Under the pieces are notes generated by a model. The model was given only the letters and a program-made list of their open reading frames with translations. It was not told where the DNA came from and searched no databases. Both the position numbers and the translations under genes were made by a program. Positions 26,503-39,031 of a stretch of DNA of 64,000 nucleotides are shown piece by piece. This DNA is from Octopus bimaculoides (Eukaryota). The DNA lies in NCBI RefSeq assembly GCF_001194135.2, contig NC_068985.1, positions 49,631,459 through 49,695,458 of the forward strand, given 5' to 3'. Positions within the stretch are counted from its first letter, which is position 1. Each line of letters starts with the position of its first letter.

Positions 26503-28662
26503 CTCCTTCCCTCTCTTTATCACAAACCCCTCACTTCCTCAATCCCAAACTTCAATTGCTCATATTTACCCATATAAGATAGGAAATCTTCTGAATCTCC
26601 CCAACTCAATTCCTTTGATTTATCTTTATCATTCTCTCTCTCTCTCATCTTCATTAACCTCTGACACTACTCTTTCTTTTACATTATTCCCCACTTCTGT
26701 TTCTTCTGTTACCCTCTCTTCTGCCATCTTTTCACAATAATAAATCTGTTCCTCCCAACATATTTCAATTTCTTTTAACATCACAAGCTTAGTTTATGTT
26801 ATCATCCTCTCTTCCTTTTTCTTTCTCTCTCTCCCACAGTCCTGGGACTCTAAGAATCTTGCAAATTACAAAGCAACTTCACTAGAACTGTAATAATAAA
26901 ATGTACTCAAAACACTCTGTAAAGCAGTTGATGAATCAAGCTGATACAACAAAATGGTCAAGAGGACTTATTAGTCTTTCTGAGAGCAAGACAAGTTCTC
27001 TAGTTCAAATACATTAAGAAAATACAAGTGGTGGATTCTGGTGGACTCTGGTGGAGCCCTCTGTCATAAACAACAGATGAGAGTTATGCAACTTCTTTTT
27101 GAACCATTTTCACAAAGAATTTGTTTATAATGATCAAATATTTGTGCTGTACATTAGCTTACTTCCTCTATCAAATCAACGTTGACTGTACATATATACA
27201 GTGTGCCACATGTCAAAGTGATCACAGAGCAACAGGAAATGAAATGTTTTGCTCAAAAACACTTCACGCTGCTTAGCCTGGGACTGAAAACCACAATCTT
27301 GTGACCATGAATGCAACATCTGATCTACTAGGCCACACAGCTTCACTAGAGCTAATACATCGAGAGAATACATGCAGTACTCTATGTAAAGTGGTTAGCA
27401 TTAGGAAGAGCATCCAGCTGTAGAAACTTTACCAAAAGTGAGACATTTGAACAAGACATTGTTCTTTGAACTATTTAAGAGGGTAGTAGCTCACAAAGAG
27501 AATTGACGCAAATAGTGATGACCCATCCGGCCTACCAGCATGGAAAGTAGAGTTAAAAGCGACAAAGATAAAGCTACATCCAGATTTGATCCCACTGCCC
27601 ACGTTCACTAACTCCTACCACAGCCTTGAGGATAAAATCCAACACTGCTAATTTCTCACTATGTACAATCTTTAAGGTACATGAATGATTACACATAAAG
27701 AGATACTGAGTAATGATATAGTGAATTAAGACAGAGTAGAGGGGGAAAAAAGATTTACACAGAAAGAGAAGTATACAGACTGATAGACAGACTGAATTAC
27801 ATAAGTAGGTTATTAACAATCAATGAGAAAAACAGAAGGAAAATAAGCATATATGTTCATGGAGCATTCTTAATGTATGTGTGCATGTGTATATATGAAT
27901 GTGTACATACACACATACATTACATATGTACAACCATACGTATATTATATTGCATGTCTACTAACCCACAGATAGAAATAGAGAATAAAGTCTGAGATTA
28001 TAGGAGAATAGGAAAACATCACTTCAGATGATTAGGTTTAGTTTAGATTTAGTTATTTCAATAGTGTATTTAGTTGCTAAAAAGAAGACCAACAGTCTGT
28101 GATTCTCATTTCACTTTAGCACCATTTCTGAAAATTGCAGGCATTGATTATGTTTGGTTGAAAGACACTGATCCATATGATAATGATAGCAAAACTAAAC
28201 ACAGAGCTTACTTATCGATGTTTCACTTAAAACAAATTATCAGGTTCAGCAAGCAAACTGACCAAGCATCAAAGACAGCATCTTGGAGTTACTTTCAGCT
28301 CATCGCCTCATCATTGATTAAGATAAAGTTGTAATGATGGTAAAGTAGTTTCAATGCTGAAATCTTTCCTACCAAGCTATACAATGATTGGTTCAAAGTT
28401 CAGTCACATGTTTATGTCATGAATATTGTGCTAAATGCTAAGACAAGGCTCTGTCAAGTCTGATCTGAAGCTAAACAACAACAAACACAAAGCAAAGTAG
28501 GAGTGGGATATCTTTTGAACATGCAAGAGGTAGATCAGAAGTGGGGGACCTTTCTTGTTAGAGAGTCACAGTGAAGTTAATTGCCAGGCAAAGGTGCACT
28601 AAAGTAAAGGGTCATTGGCTGCTATTCTAACTAAATGTGTGAGAGTAAGAGTGTGAGTGTGT

Positions 28663-28732
<70 letters not shown>

Positions 28733-29607
28733 ATGCGCGCGTGTGTGTGTTTTACCATTTGACAAGTTGTGGAGGTTTGTTTACATGCCTGTAACTTAGT
28801 AGTTCAGCAAAAACTGAGAATGACAAAATAGATATCAGACTTAAATACTGGGGTTGATTTCATCAACTAAAAATACCCCTTTGAGATGGTTGCTGCCCAG
28901 TCAAGTGACTGAAACAAGTAAAAGAATACATCATACGAATATGCAATAGAATATATTACATCAATATACAAATATCCACATACATCTATGAATGTATGTA
29001 TATATATATATATATTGTGTGTGTGTGTGTGTGTCAGTGAGGGGCTGCAAAAACTAGCAAGTCAAAGGATGGTACCGATGATATTTTGATCCATTTAGAT
29101 TGCTTACCTTTATGTTGGGCGAACTTCACCTTTCCTTCATTTTTAAGGTCAATAAAATTAGCAGCAAACAAAATAGAGGGGTTGATATAATGTAAATAAG
29201 GTCCTTGAAGGCAGTGCTCTAGAATCACCACTGTTTAATGACTTTAACCAGTAAATAAAAAAAAAATAAATAAATAAAATAAAATAAAATAAAATAAAAT
29301 AATGTCCTCGCTGGAAATCAAAACTGGATCAGAGAGAGAGAACATGCAATTACGATCCTTGTACAATAATTATACTGTTGATGTCAATTAGTTTATAAAA
29401 TATACATGAAGTTGTTTGATATGACAACTGAGTGAGTTACACATGGAATACTTAATGTAATCCTTTGATTCAGATGTTGAGGGCTGCATCCATTCATGTA
29501 AGGAATAATGTTGATGATGATGGTGGTGGTTGTGGCAATATTGGTGGTGATGGTGACAATGACAACAGTGGTGAGGGCAATTGTGGTGATAGTAGTAGTG
29601 GTGGTTG

Positions 29608-29638
<31 letters not shown>

Positions 29639-29718
29639 GGTGGTGGTGGTGGGTTAGTGATGATTATCATATTCTCATCAATAGTTACATGTAATTAGAA
29701 CAATAACAATAATGATAT

Positions 29719-30371
29719 TTGTATGCTGTCAACTTAATGTGACAGTCCCATGAAAGGAATAATACTATTGCTATTTAGCCCTAGGAAGCAGCACCGCTTC
29801 CTGTCATCCATGACACATTTCCTGTGTCCTTATGTTTACAAGGGGAGACAAGCACCTCCACTTAGCTAAGCCTGCATCCAGAGACATGTTTCTGAGTCTT
29901 TGCTCGTTGTCAGTCTGGAGTAGCAATGGCCTGCTAGTTGGAGATGCCTTCTAGTGAAACACATTCACTGATTTCAACTGCATAAATCTCTCTGAGAGAT
30001 TTAGAAATGTATTATTTCTGATTTTGAAATCAGCGAATGTGTTTCACTAGAATTCTTATATGTTTACAAGAGCTTGACAGGCATCTCCAACTAGCAGGCC
30101 ATTGCTACTCCAGACTGATGATGAGCAAAGACTCAGAAATATGTCTCTGGATGCAGGCTTAGCTAAGTAGAGGTGCTTGTCTTCTCCTTGTAAACAAAAG
30201 GACACAGGAAATGTGTTAAGGCCAACAGGAAGCGGTGCTGCTTCCTAGGGCTAAATAGCAGTAGTATTATTCCCTTCATGGGACTGTCACATTAAATTGA
30301 GAGCATACAACTACTTTATCGCATCACTACTGCATAAATCTCTCTGAGAGATTTAGAAATGTATTATTTCT
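29719..30371. mobile_element. Penelope-pLTR/retrozyme-like remnant: 352-bp monomer, 43-bp terminal repeat and inverted partial copy
   Basis: Arms 29719-29949 / 30079-30310 and 29949-29977 / 30024-30052 are inverted repeats; 29977-30019 is identical to 30329-30371; a hammerhead motif lies in each arm. The family assignment is inference from the known PLE-hammerhead association. Confidence 0.6.
30109..30151 (+). ncRNA. Minimal type I hammerhead ribozyme motif
   Basis: TCCAGA-CTGATGA-TGAG caaaga CTCA-GAAA-TAT-GTC-TCTGGA: 6-bp stem I, CUGAUGA box, 4-bp stem II, GAAA box, vestigial near-palindromic stem III and GUC cleavage triplet (site after 30145). Confidence 0.7.
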
Positions 30372-30907
30372 ATTGATAATGGCATTGATTTTTAACTACA
30401 GGAGAACAGCTTCAGACTTAAAATAGAAATGAAACTGTCACAAACATGCCTGGCCCAAAGACATGAAAATCAAAAGAACAGCTTACAATTGAAAATTACA
30501 AGTAGACACACTAAGAATTTATGGTTACTCTTAAGGACATTGACAATGCAATTGTGTGTGTGTGTTTGTGTCAGTGCATGTGTGTGTATGTAACACTATG
30601 CAAGTGGCAGTCAGAAACTGAGATTTGAGGACACTTAGCTGCTGCTTATTGAAAGTCATGCAACAGGATAAAGGCCCCCACTTTTATTGGCTCAAGTATA
30701 TAAATATATAAACTATATTTTGTGTGTGTGTTTTCACTTTTCAATTTTTTAAAAATGTGCTTGAATTTTTTTTTTTTTAATTATATTTTACACTTATGCG
30801 AAATTGTATTTTACACCAATAAGGACAAATAGATGATACAAAAACAACAACAGAGTCCAGTCCAACCCATGCCAGCATGGACAATAGATATTAAATGACG
30901 ATGATGA

Positions 30908-31130
30908 ATCCGATAATCTTTACTACTCTAAGCACAAGGCCTGAAAATTTTTGTGGGAGAGGGCCAGTTGATTAGATCAGTCCCAGTATGCAGCTGGTAT
31001 TTAATTTATCAACCCTGAAAGGATGAAAGGCAAAGTCGACCTCGGCAAAATTTGGACTCAGAACGTAAAGACAGATGAAATACTGCCAAACATTTCACCC
31101 AGTATGCTAACGTTTCTGCCAGCTCACCAC
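30908..31130 (-). mobile_element. SINE family B, about 35 nt downstream of the exon donor at 31165
   Basis: Same head and core on the minus strand. Confidence 0.75.
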
Positions 31131-31165
31131 CTATGATGAATCCCATAATAAAACAAAGTACTTAC

Positions 31166-31345
31166 GTTCAAATCTCTCCAGGTCCTCCTCGGTATATGAT
31201 CTCCGATTTACAGCTGGAGTTCCTAGTCGTGTTCGATATCTACTGTACAGTTCCTTCTGACCAATGAGCTCTGCTTTGTCATGTAGCATATCTAATAGGC
31301 TACTGTGTTTATCAGTATTCAATGACTGATCAGTGTTACAAAAAC
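31166..31345 (-). CDS. Internal coding exon (180 nt, phase 1-1) of an unidentified large-intron gene
   Basis: Minus strand: acceptor ttcttttcctctcag|, donor |gtaagtac. Open frame xFCNTDQSLNTDKHSSLLDMLHDKAELIGQKELYSRYRTRLGTPAVNRRSYTEEDLERFE; length is a multiple of 3; non-repetitive. Protein family not recognised. Confidence 0.75.
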
Positions 31346-32368
31346 CTGAGAGGAAAAGAATAGTGTTAATATAAAGACAGCTTTAAACCACACACAAATG
31401 TATATGCATATATAAATCTATCTCTTTAGACACACACTTCTGTGTAATAATAGCCAATAAAATGTTGGTCAATTTTTCAATGATTGATTGGGCAATTTCT
31501 CCATTCATACATTACATTGTTATAAAGCAAGGAGAAACAAGAGTAATGGAAAGATACGGAAGAGACTTAACATATGAAGTGAAGTATGAGTACTTGGTGG
31601 CAGGCAATGAGTGAAAACACGTTGCAGACACTCACACACACAGACACACACATAGAGAAAAAACATAGAGAGAGGGAGGTGGAGTGGAAGGAGGATGGGA
31701 AGTGGGGTCATGAAAAATGGGAGGATAGGAGGAAGAGTGGGAGGAAGAAGAGTCCAAAGAAGGGAGAAAGAAGAGGAGGGTAAGAGGAAGAGGAGGAAGA
31801 ATGGGGGAGGAGAGGGGAGGAGAGGGAGGGGGAGTAAATGATGAGCAGTTATGGGAGGTTTATACAAAGAAAACAATTTGTTTCATTTAAATTTAATTTC
31901 AAGGTAATTAAATATTTTTCTTTTGAATATTAATATTCATTTTATCATTGTGTATAAGTTACAAAAAATTTGATGAAAGACAAATTATTAGTGAGTAAAT
32001 ATGCTATATTTCTTGATATTACTTATTCATTGAATTAATGTGATAGTGGGTGAGTATTCCACAAATCTGTGTACTTTTAAAGTAATTCTGAAGCTGAATC
32101 TGTATATGTAATGAAGCTGAACCTTTGAATTCCCCATGTTATCTAAACAAGTGTACACACAAACACATACATATACACAATAGGCTTCTATCAGTTTTCC
32201 TTTGCCAAATCCACTCATGAGGCTTTGGGCACTTGCACAAGGAGCTACACAGTAAATCTATATAATTGGGGATCAAATTTGTTAACCACAGCCACACCTG
32301 TGACTACGTATACATAAATTGTACTTTATAATACAGTGGGTAACATCTCCATATCAAAGGCTAATCAC

Positions 32369-32458
32369 CATGACGATAAAGGAAGAAAATATCCCTGGTG
32401 TCTATAAGAACCAGCCAGTAACTATCATTCAATAGTGGCAGTGAAATTGTGTCAGTAA
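32369..32458 (-). CDS. Candidate 90-nt exon (phase 1-1)
   Basis: T-rich acceptor ttttgctttcaacatcttag|, moderate donor ATG|gtgatt; single open frame xTDTISLPLLNDSYWLVLIDTRDIFFLYRH(G). Could be chance. Confidence 0.2.
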
Positions 32459-33824
32459 CTAAGATGTTGAAAGCAAAAAACAAAAATTTAACACATCAAG
32501 GAATAAATGAAAAATGAATTGAGCAGTTTTGTGTGTTTTAAATGGCTAAAATAGCTCTTTCATGATATAGTTGCTTCAGTTTTAGCACAAGGTTATCATA
32601 CCAAGTCACTTGCCAAACAACTACAGTTCTGAATCTATATTGATCTGACTAGGACTTCAGGTTTAATAAGTTATAGCTTAATGAAGTGGTTGAATAGTTA
32701 AATGCATCATTAAAAGTAAAGCTGGAATCCCAGTTAAAACAATATTATCAATGTATTTTACTTAGAGTTTAGAGTCCTACCTGCCATCAACAAACGTTTT
32801 GTTGTTTTCCAACAACTTGAACCATAATACCAAATAGCATGCACACACAGACACACATGTATATATTAAAAAAATACAAACGGCTATATTTCAATGAAAC
32901 AAGCTTTTGGTTTTTCCTATCCAAAAGGGGTTTTCAACCTGATATTTACAAGCCATTATTTATTGTTTTATGTGTGTGATTCAAGATATTCTCAAAATAG
33001 AATTAATTCACATTCTCTTGAATGTTTATTTAGTTCTTAATGACATCACACATGCACCCCCACACACACACACACACACGCACACAAACACACATATGTA
33101 TACATTCATATATATATCAAGTCAGCTTGAATTTTGCTTGCTTGCAGTGTTACCCAGCCAAACTGGCACATAATGGGAAAATAGTATGAATTAAGTACCC
33201 CTTGAAATATAAATATGAATGGAAAACAAATTTCACGTAAATCGGACAAGTGGTTGTAGAGATATTAGGGGTTTTCAGGGTATAAATACCCAAAACAGTG
33301 CATAATGGGGAAAATATTCCAAAATTAAACTTAACCTTGAAAGAGTAGAAACTCTTAAGCTTTCGATTAGACACTGACTTGACAACGAAAAAATACGATT
33401 TGTTTTTTACAGTAAATGTTTCTATTTTTGACTTTTATTGAATACAATATTTTAGCTTTCTTTAAACAGACAATATTTTAATGTTTCTTAAAATTATTTT
33501 CAAGTGAATGCCAATACAAAAATTTTTTGGGCATATCTAAAAAAATACTTTAAAGTGAAAATGACTTTAAAAATGCAGTAAATATTTCATAAAAGACCTG
33601 TTCGTGACTTCGGTGTGAAATAATTTTTTCCATAGGTTTTTTTCAAGTGCATTCAATGCATCTCATCTCCAAAGATTTGGCTGCTATTTCTAGCACGCCC
33701 TGCTACTCTGTAACAGCTACTTGCAATATAGGACCTGAAATACCTGTTACGTGGTAGCAGGGCGTGCAAGAAATAGCAGCCAAATCTTTCCTATTTATGC
33801 GTGATTTTGCACACGCACATACAT

Positions 33825-33877
<53 letters not shown>

Positions 33878-33883
<6 letters not shown>

Positions 33884-34035
33884 GATGTTGAAAAGTTCCT
33901 GGCTTTAAGAGTATCGCAAAAGGCCCTGCAATAAGTGTGTGAATCTGAGAGGGGAATATGTCAGATAAAATCATAATTCACTGATCCTCCTGTGTTTTCT
34001 TTTACCAAAATCCAGGAACTTTTCAACACCCTTTG
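33878..34035 (+). mobile_element. Mariner-derived MITE
   Basis: TA-flanked TIRs sharing tgttgaaaagttcctgg; the interior retains NKCVNLRGEYV (mariner C-terminus). Confidence 0.8.
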
Positions 34036-35672
34036 TATGTATATTCATATATACACTTCTTTCCAGAACCACCTCCTTTCAAAATCCATCCCTTACTTAC
34101 ACATGCATAACTACCATAGCCGTTACTTGGAAATGAATGTTATGTGGTAACATGTACCATACTGTCACTAATAATTTTAGGTGTCTTTGGAGTGTAAGAA
34201 GAAATAGATAACTTCTCACCTCTCCCAACTTGACTCAGCAGAACATCTAAGATGGAATGGCTTAAGAGGGAGGAAGTGTTGCACCAACGTTCAGTTAGTA
34301 CTCACTTCAGTTGAGTAAACATGGAGTGACAAAAATGAAGTGCTTTACTCAATTATATAACGTACTAACCAGACCATGAATTGAAACCACATCTTTCTGA
34401 TCAGGAGCTTCAAGTTATGAACACTAGGTCACACACCCTTACACACATACACACACAAATACACATACATGAATTATATACAAGTGTGTGTGTGTGTGTG
34501 TGTGTGTGCTCGCACTTGCATATTTGAAATACTTTTCTCTTTATCATTTCATAAATGTACAGATTCTCGTTCTTCGTCATCCCTACCTCACCCATCTCCT
34601 CTATCTCCAAAGTATTTCCAATTTCAGTGGTTATAAGCAGTGACTGGTAGAGATAGGACACTGCGATTGTTATGATTACTCAAGGTAAATAAGGATGTGC
34701 TGTGCTAGCAGGTAAATATAAGTCGGAAATATAAAAAATTTTTTTTATCTATTTAAGCAGGTTAACTTAGGAAATAAGGATCTCAAAATATCTACTGAGA
34801 TGAAGATTTAACTCGTCACATATAAATTGGATTAAGAATATATGTTGCTATATGTAAAGTACAGATTGTTGGCAGTGTGGCCATACACACACATACGTGT
34901 GTGCATGTGTGTACATATATATAACACATACATATACAGATATATATATACATACACAACAGAATCAAATTCAAAAGACCCTTTAGCATTAAAATTATAT
35001 ATAAAAATTTTACTTTTTTTGTGTTATTATCTGATTAAATACATTTGTATGACTATCTTTTGTATGTTTCAAAAGGACATTATAACCAAAAGATGAGAAT
35101 ATTCTTTCTTCTAAAAAATGGCACAATGTATGGGCTTATTATCATCATTTAACATCTAACTTCTTTGCTGACAAAGGTTGGATTGTTTGACAAGATCAAA
35201 GCAGAGTTGGAGAATTGTGTTGAGCTCCAATACACACACTTACACACACACACACTACACACACACACACACACACATGCATGCATACACACACCAGTAA
35301 GTAGTTACAGATAAATGTATACATATTCAAACAAAGACATGACTGGTCAAATAGCAATATTATTAGGTTACTAGCCTGTTGATCAGATTTGTGCAGACTG
35401 GGGTTGAAATTCCTAAGGTAAACAATGTCATAACAACATACTAGCAAAAGAAGACACAACTGCCTAACAAAGCCCTGCAAAATGATCTTCATCAGAGACA
35501 TTCCTACACAAATGCAAGATATGCAATATATGCCTAAGACATATATAAATTAATGTATATAGGTTTTTTTCACTTTTATGGTAGATAGCTAGAAAATGTG
35601 CTCTTACATGCTACATGTGCCCCAATTTCAATTATATGGCTTTGATTCTTAAAATAGCATGCTCTAGTGTAA

Positions 35673-35890
35673 CCCTTTAGAATTCCGATTACTCTGTCAA
35701 ATGTAATGATTATTTATTCAGTGTCCTCAATTAATCATGCATTAACTTGTGGCTTTGATATTTTGATGATGCGATTGTTAATACTAACAATGACATTGTA
35801 GGTTAGGTGCATGCAGCAGTATCTGATGGGTTTGAACATAAAACAAGTAAAATACTCAGGCCAGATATGATCGGTTTAAATGTTGAAGGG
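35673..35890. mobile_element. TTAA-type non-autonomous DNA element, second copy
   Basis: Same internal sequence (gattactctgtcaaat...) and ends as 19916-20135. Confidence 0.7.
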
Positions 35891-36867
35891 TTAAGTAACA
35901 GGAGTTACCATTGGTTTGTGCAAAGTGGAGGGGAGAACTTATTATTATACTTTTAATGCAAACAGTGAGTCCAAAAAAAAAAAGATCTGTTCAACAGAAC
36001 TTTAGATGTATACCAAATGTTCTGACATGGTCAATATTGAGAACAGTTTACCAGCAGCTAGAACCAATAAGAGAACCTTTGCATTGTCAATCTCATCTCC
36101 CTGTAATTCAAGGGTGTGCCCGGATACCTTATCACCATCATCTCTTTTTACAGCTCCACAGTAAAACATCTGTTCCTGTTAGTTTATCATCACCTGACAG
36201 AAAACTCCTCAATACTACACCCCACCACCTCACTAGAGGGGTCTTATCTTGAAAGCTACTTTAGTGACCTCTCAAGTGCCAGTGCCATGAAAATAGTACC
36301 CAATATACTCTGTAAAGTGGTTGGCAATAGGAAGGTCATTTAGCCATAGAAACTATGCCAAAGCAGACATTGGAGTTTAGTGCAACCTCTGGCAAGTCAG
36401 CTGCTGCCAAATTGTCCAACCTAATCCAGTATGGAAAGCAGATGTGAAATGGTGGTGATGATGATGGTACATAGCTTGAGTCCATCTAAAACATACAGAC
36501 TTAGTCTGAAGCTTGTTTCTAGTTTCCATGTAGTTTAAGCATTTGAGATTATAAAATTTTCCCCTGGATGTGCCACTGGTATTCTTGTTTTTCAGTTGTG
36601 TGGACTAAGGCAACACAAAGAGCAAAGATAACATGGTGCCCATCAGAGAATCAAACCCATGACCTAATGATCTTGAGCCAAACACTAACCACTAGGATAC
36701 ATGCCTTCTCAGTCACACACACACACACACACACTTTTCTCTCGCTCTCTCTCAAAATATACATTGTATTGGCCTATAATATATAATATTTCCATGTTGC
36801 CATGGAGTATATTCATCTATATAACTTATTTCAATGCTGGCATAGAGTTGTACAGGTTTGTAATGTA

Positions 36868-36904
<37 letters not shown>

Positions 36905-36990
36905 ACACTGTGTNNNNNNNNNNNNNNNNNNNNNNNNNNNNNNNNNNNNNNNNNNNNNNNNNNNNNNNNNNNNNNNNNNNNNNNNNNNNN

Positions 36991-37049
<59 letters not shown>

Positions 37050-37448
37050 CTATGCATCAGTATCTTTCAATCCAGCTGAACAAAACCCATAGTGTTATAA
37101 AAATATGCCATTGTCTTGCAGTAAAATATGTGTGCAGAAAGTACAACTTTTCAGAATTTGAAGACAAATTGCTTTACAACAATGCATAGGAAGTTATCTT
37201 AGAAGAACAGAGAAGAAGCAGTGAGCTGAGAAAATAATTGGGTAATGAAGGCAATGAAGCATGTACAGAGATGAGACAACACATTATAGTGATGATAGAA
37301 AATAACCATAGATGAAAGAGGAATCAAGTGAACATGATTTTATCTGTTATGAGAACAATAATACAGGATTGAGTGAGATGAAAAGATGGTACATTACAAA
37401 CCTATACAACTCTATGCCAGCATTGAAATAAGTTATATTGATGAATAT

Positions 37449-37560
37449 ACTCCATGGCAACATGGAAATATTATATATTATAGGCCAATACAACTCCATG
37501 CCAACATGGAAATATTATATATTATAGGCCAATACAACTAACTCCATGCCAACATGGAAA
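37449..37560 (+). repeat. 44-48-bp tandem repeat (about 2.4 units)
   Basis: Unit actccatgccaacatggaaatattatatattataggccaataca starts at 37449, 37493 and 37541. Confidence 0.85.
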
Positions 37561-39031
37561 CATGGTATCTTACAAAAGAATATACTCCATGCTGATGAGG
37601 CACATTACAGACCAATATTTTTTCATGGATTTTCATGACTTTGTTGCCATCCAATTCCATTATTATGAATTTGGATTGGGAGCTTCAGTTATAGTGAATC
37701 TTTATACAACCATGGATGCCACCCCTATGGCTGTGTTGCAATTACTCTCTTGATAAAGCTTGGTGATCCTGGTCATTGGTCTTCAAGAATTCCTCTGCTC
37801 AGCATCAATGTAAGAAGCACTGTTGGCTCAGCTGAGCTCTTCCACTACCTCTTCACAATCCACCATGCTGCAGTCCCATGATTTCACCATATCCCTGGCA
37901 GAGTGGCTGAACAAGTGCTATGCTTTGCCAAAGGGCAGCCCATAACTATGCAGGGCATGGTCATCACTCCAGAAGGTATTTTCAAAAACCCACATATCCA
38001 AACAGACCAATATAACTTCATGTTAATATGGAAAGAGATATTGAGAAAGCTCACTTAATCTTGGAAGTCATCATCTTTACTAATATATCAAACTTTACAC
38101 TGAGTGGTATTCCTCATAACAAGAAATATCAAGTTCCTTGGATTCCAGATTTCACACTATTTTCATATTATATTAATGAAAGAATATTTTAAAATAGTGA
38201 TATTGCATTGCCAAATGAAGGAATATTTTATACAGAACCCATGATTAACATTTGGTAGCTCAATGCATATCTGTCAAATTTCACCTATATGACATGGGTC
38301 AACCCAAGGCAATTGCAGAAAATTCCAGCTGACAGTGCGAAAGAACCTTCAAATACATAGTTCCAAAGAGAACTTTTTAATCACATAGGCGTGTGTGCGT
38401 GTGTATGTGTGTGTGTGCATGAATGCATGTGTTTTTTCATGCTATGAAACTCAAACCAAATGTAACAAATCTATTATGCAAATCTGAAATGTATATATTA
38501 AATAATTTCAAAATATCACTATTTGGTTTGACTTCACTTTTACAGCTGTTGTTCAGTGTTACTTTTAGTGCTCTCAGTGCCATGGGATCTGCCTATCTTG
38601 TATCGGTCTTGTCAGCCACATTCACACTAATGAGAAACAATGTGCTGGAAGCAGAGGAGGATGACTACCTTGGATTGGTGTTGTCATCACCTTTGGATGG
38701 GCAGTCAAGAAAAGTAAAAGGAAAAAAAGAATCCTTCTAGAGTACACTTTTCCATGCTTGCATGGGTCAGATGAAATTTATTGAAGCAGATTTTCTATGG
38801 CTAGATGCTTGTTCTTTCACCAGCCCCTACTTGTTTCCAAATAAAGTAATATTTTCCCATGGCCAGATATGCTCTTGCAGAATACTAGAAATGAATGACA
38901 CTGCTTGTATAAAAGTGACAATCATTTACAATTATCACGTGATAGAGACAAGGAGACACAAGCACACGCATACAAATATACATATGATACACATATATGT
39001 TTCAGTTTCCATCTGCCAAATCAACTCACTA

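Noticed and set aside
27163-27185. 23-nt GT-AG segment (LNVDLIEE) that would link exon 31166 to 24670 in frame
   Set aside because: It lies inside a SINE body and has a poor pyrimidine tract; likely overfitting.
37449-37560. CRISPR-like appearance of the 44-bp repeats and of the family C tandem units
   Set aside because: No unique spacers, no cas genes, eukaryotic context.
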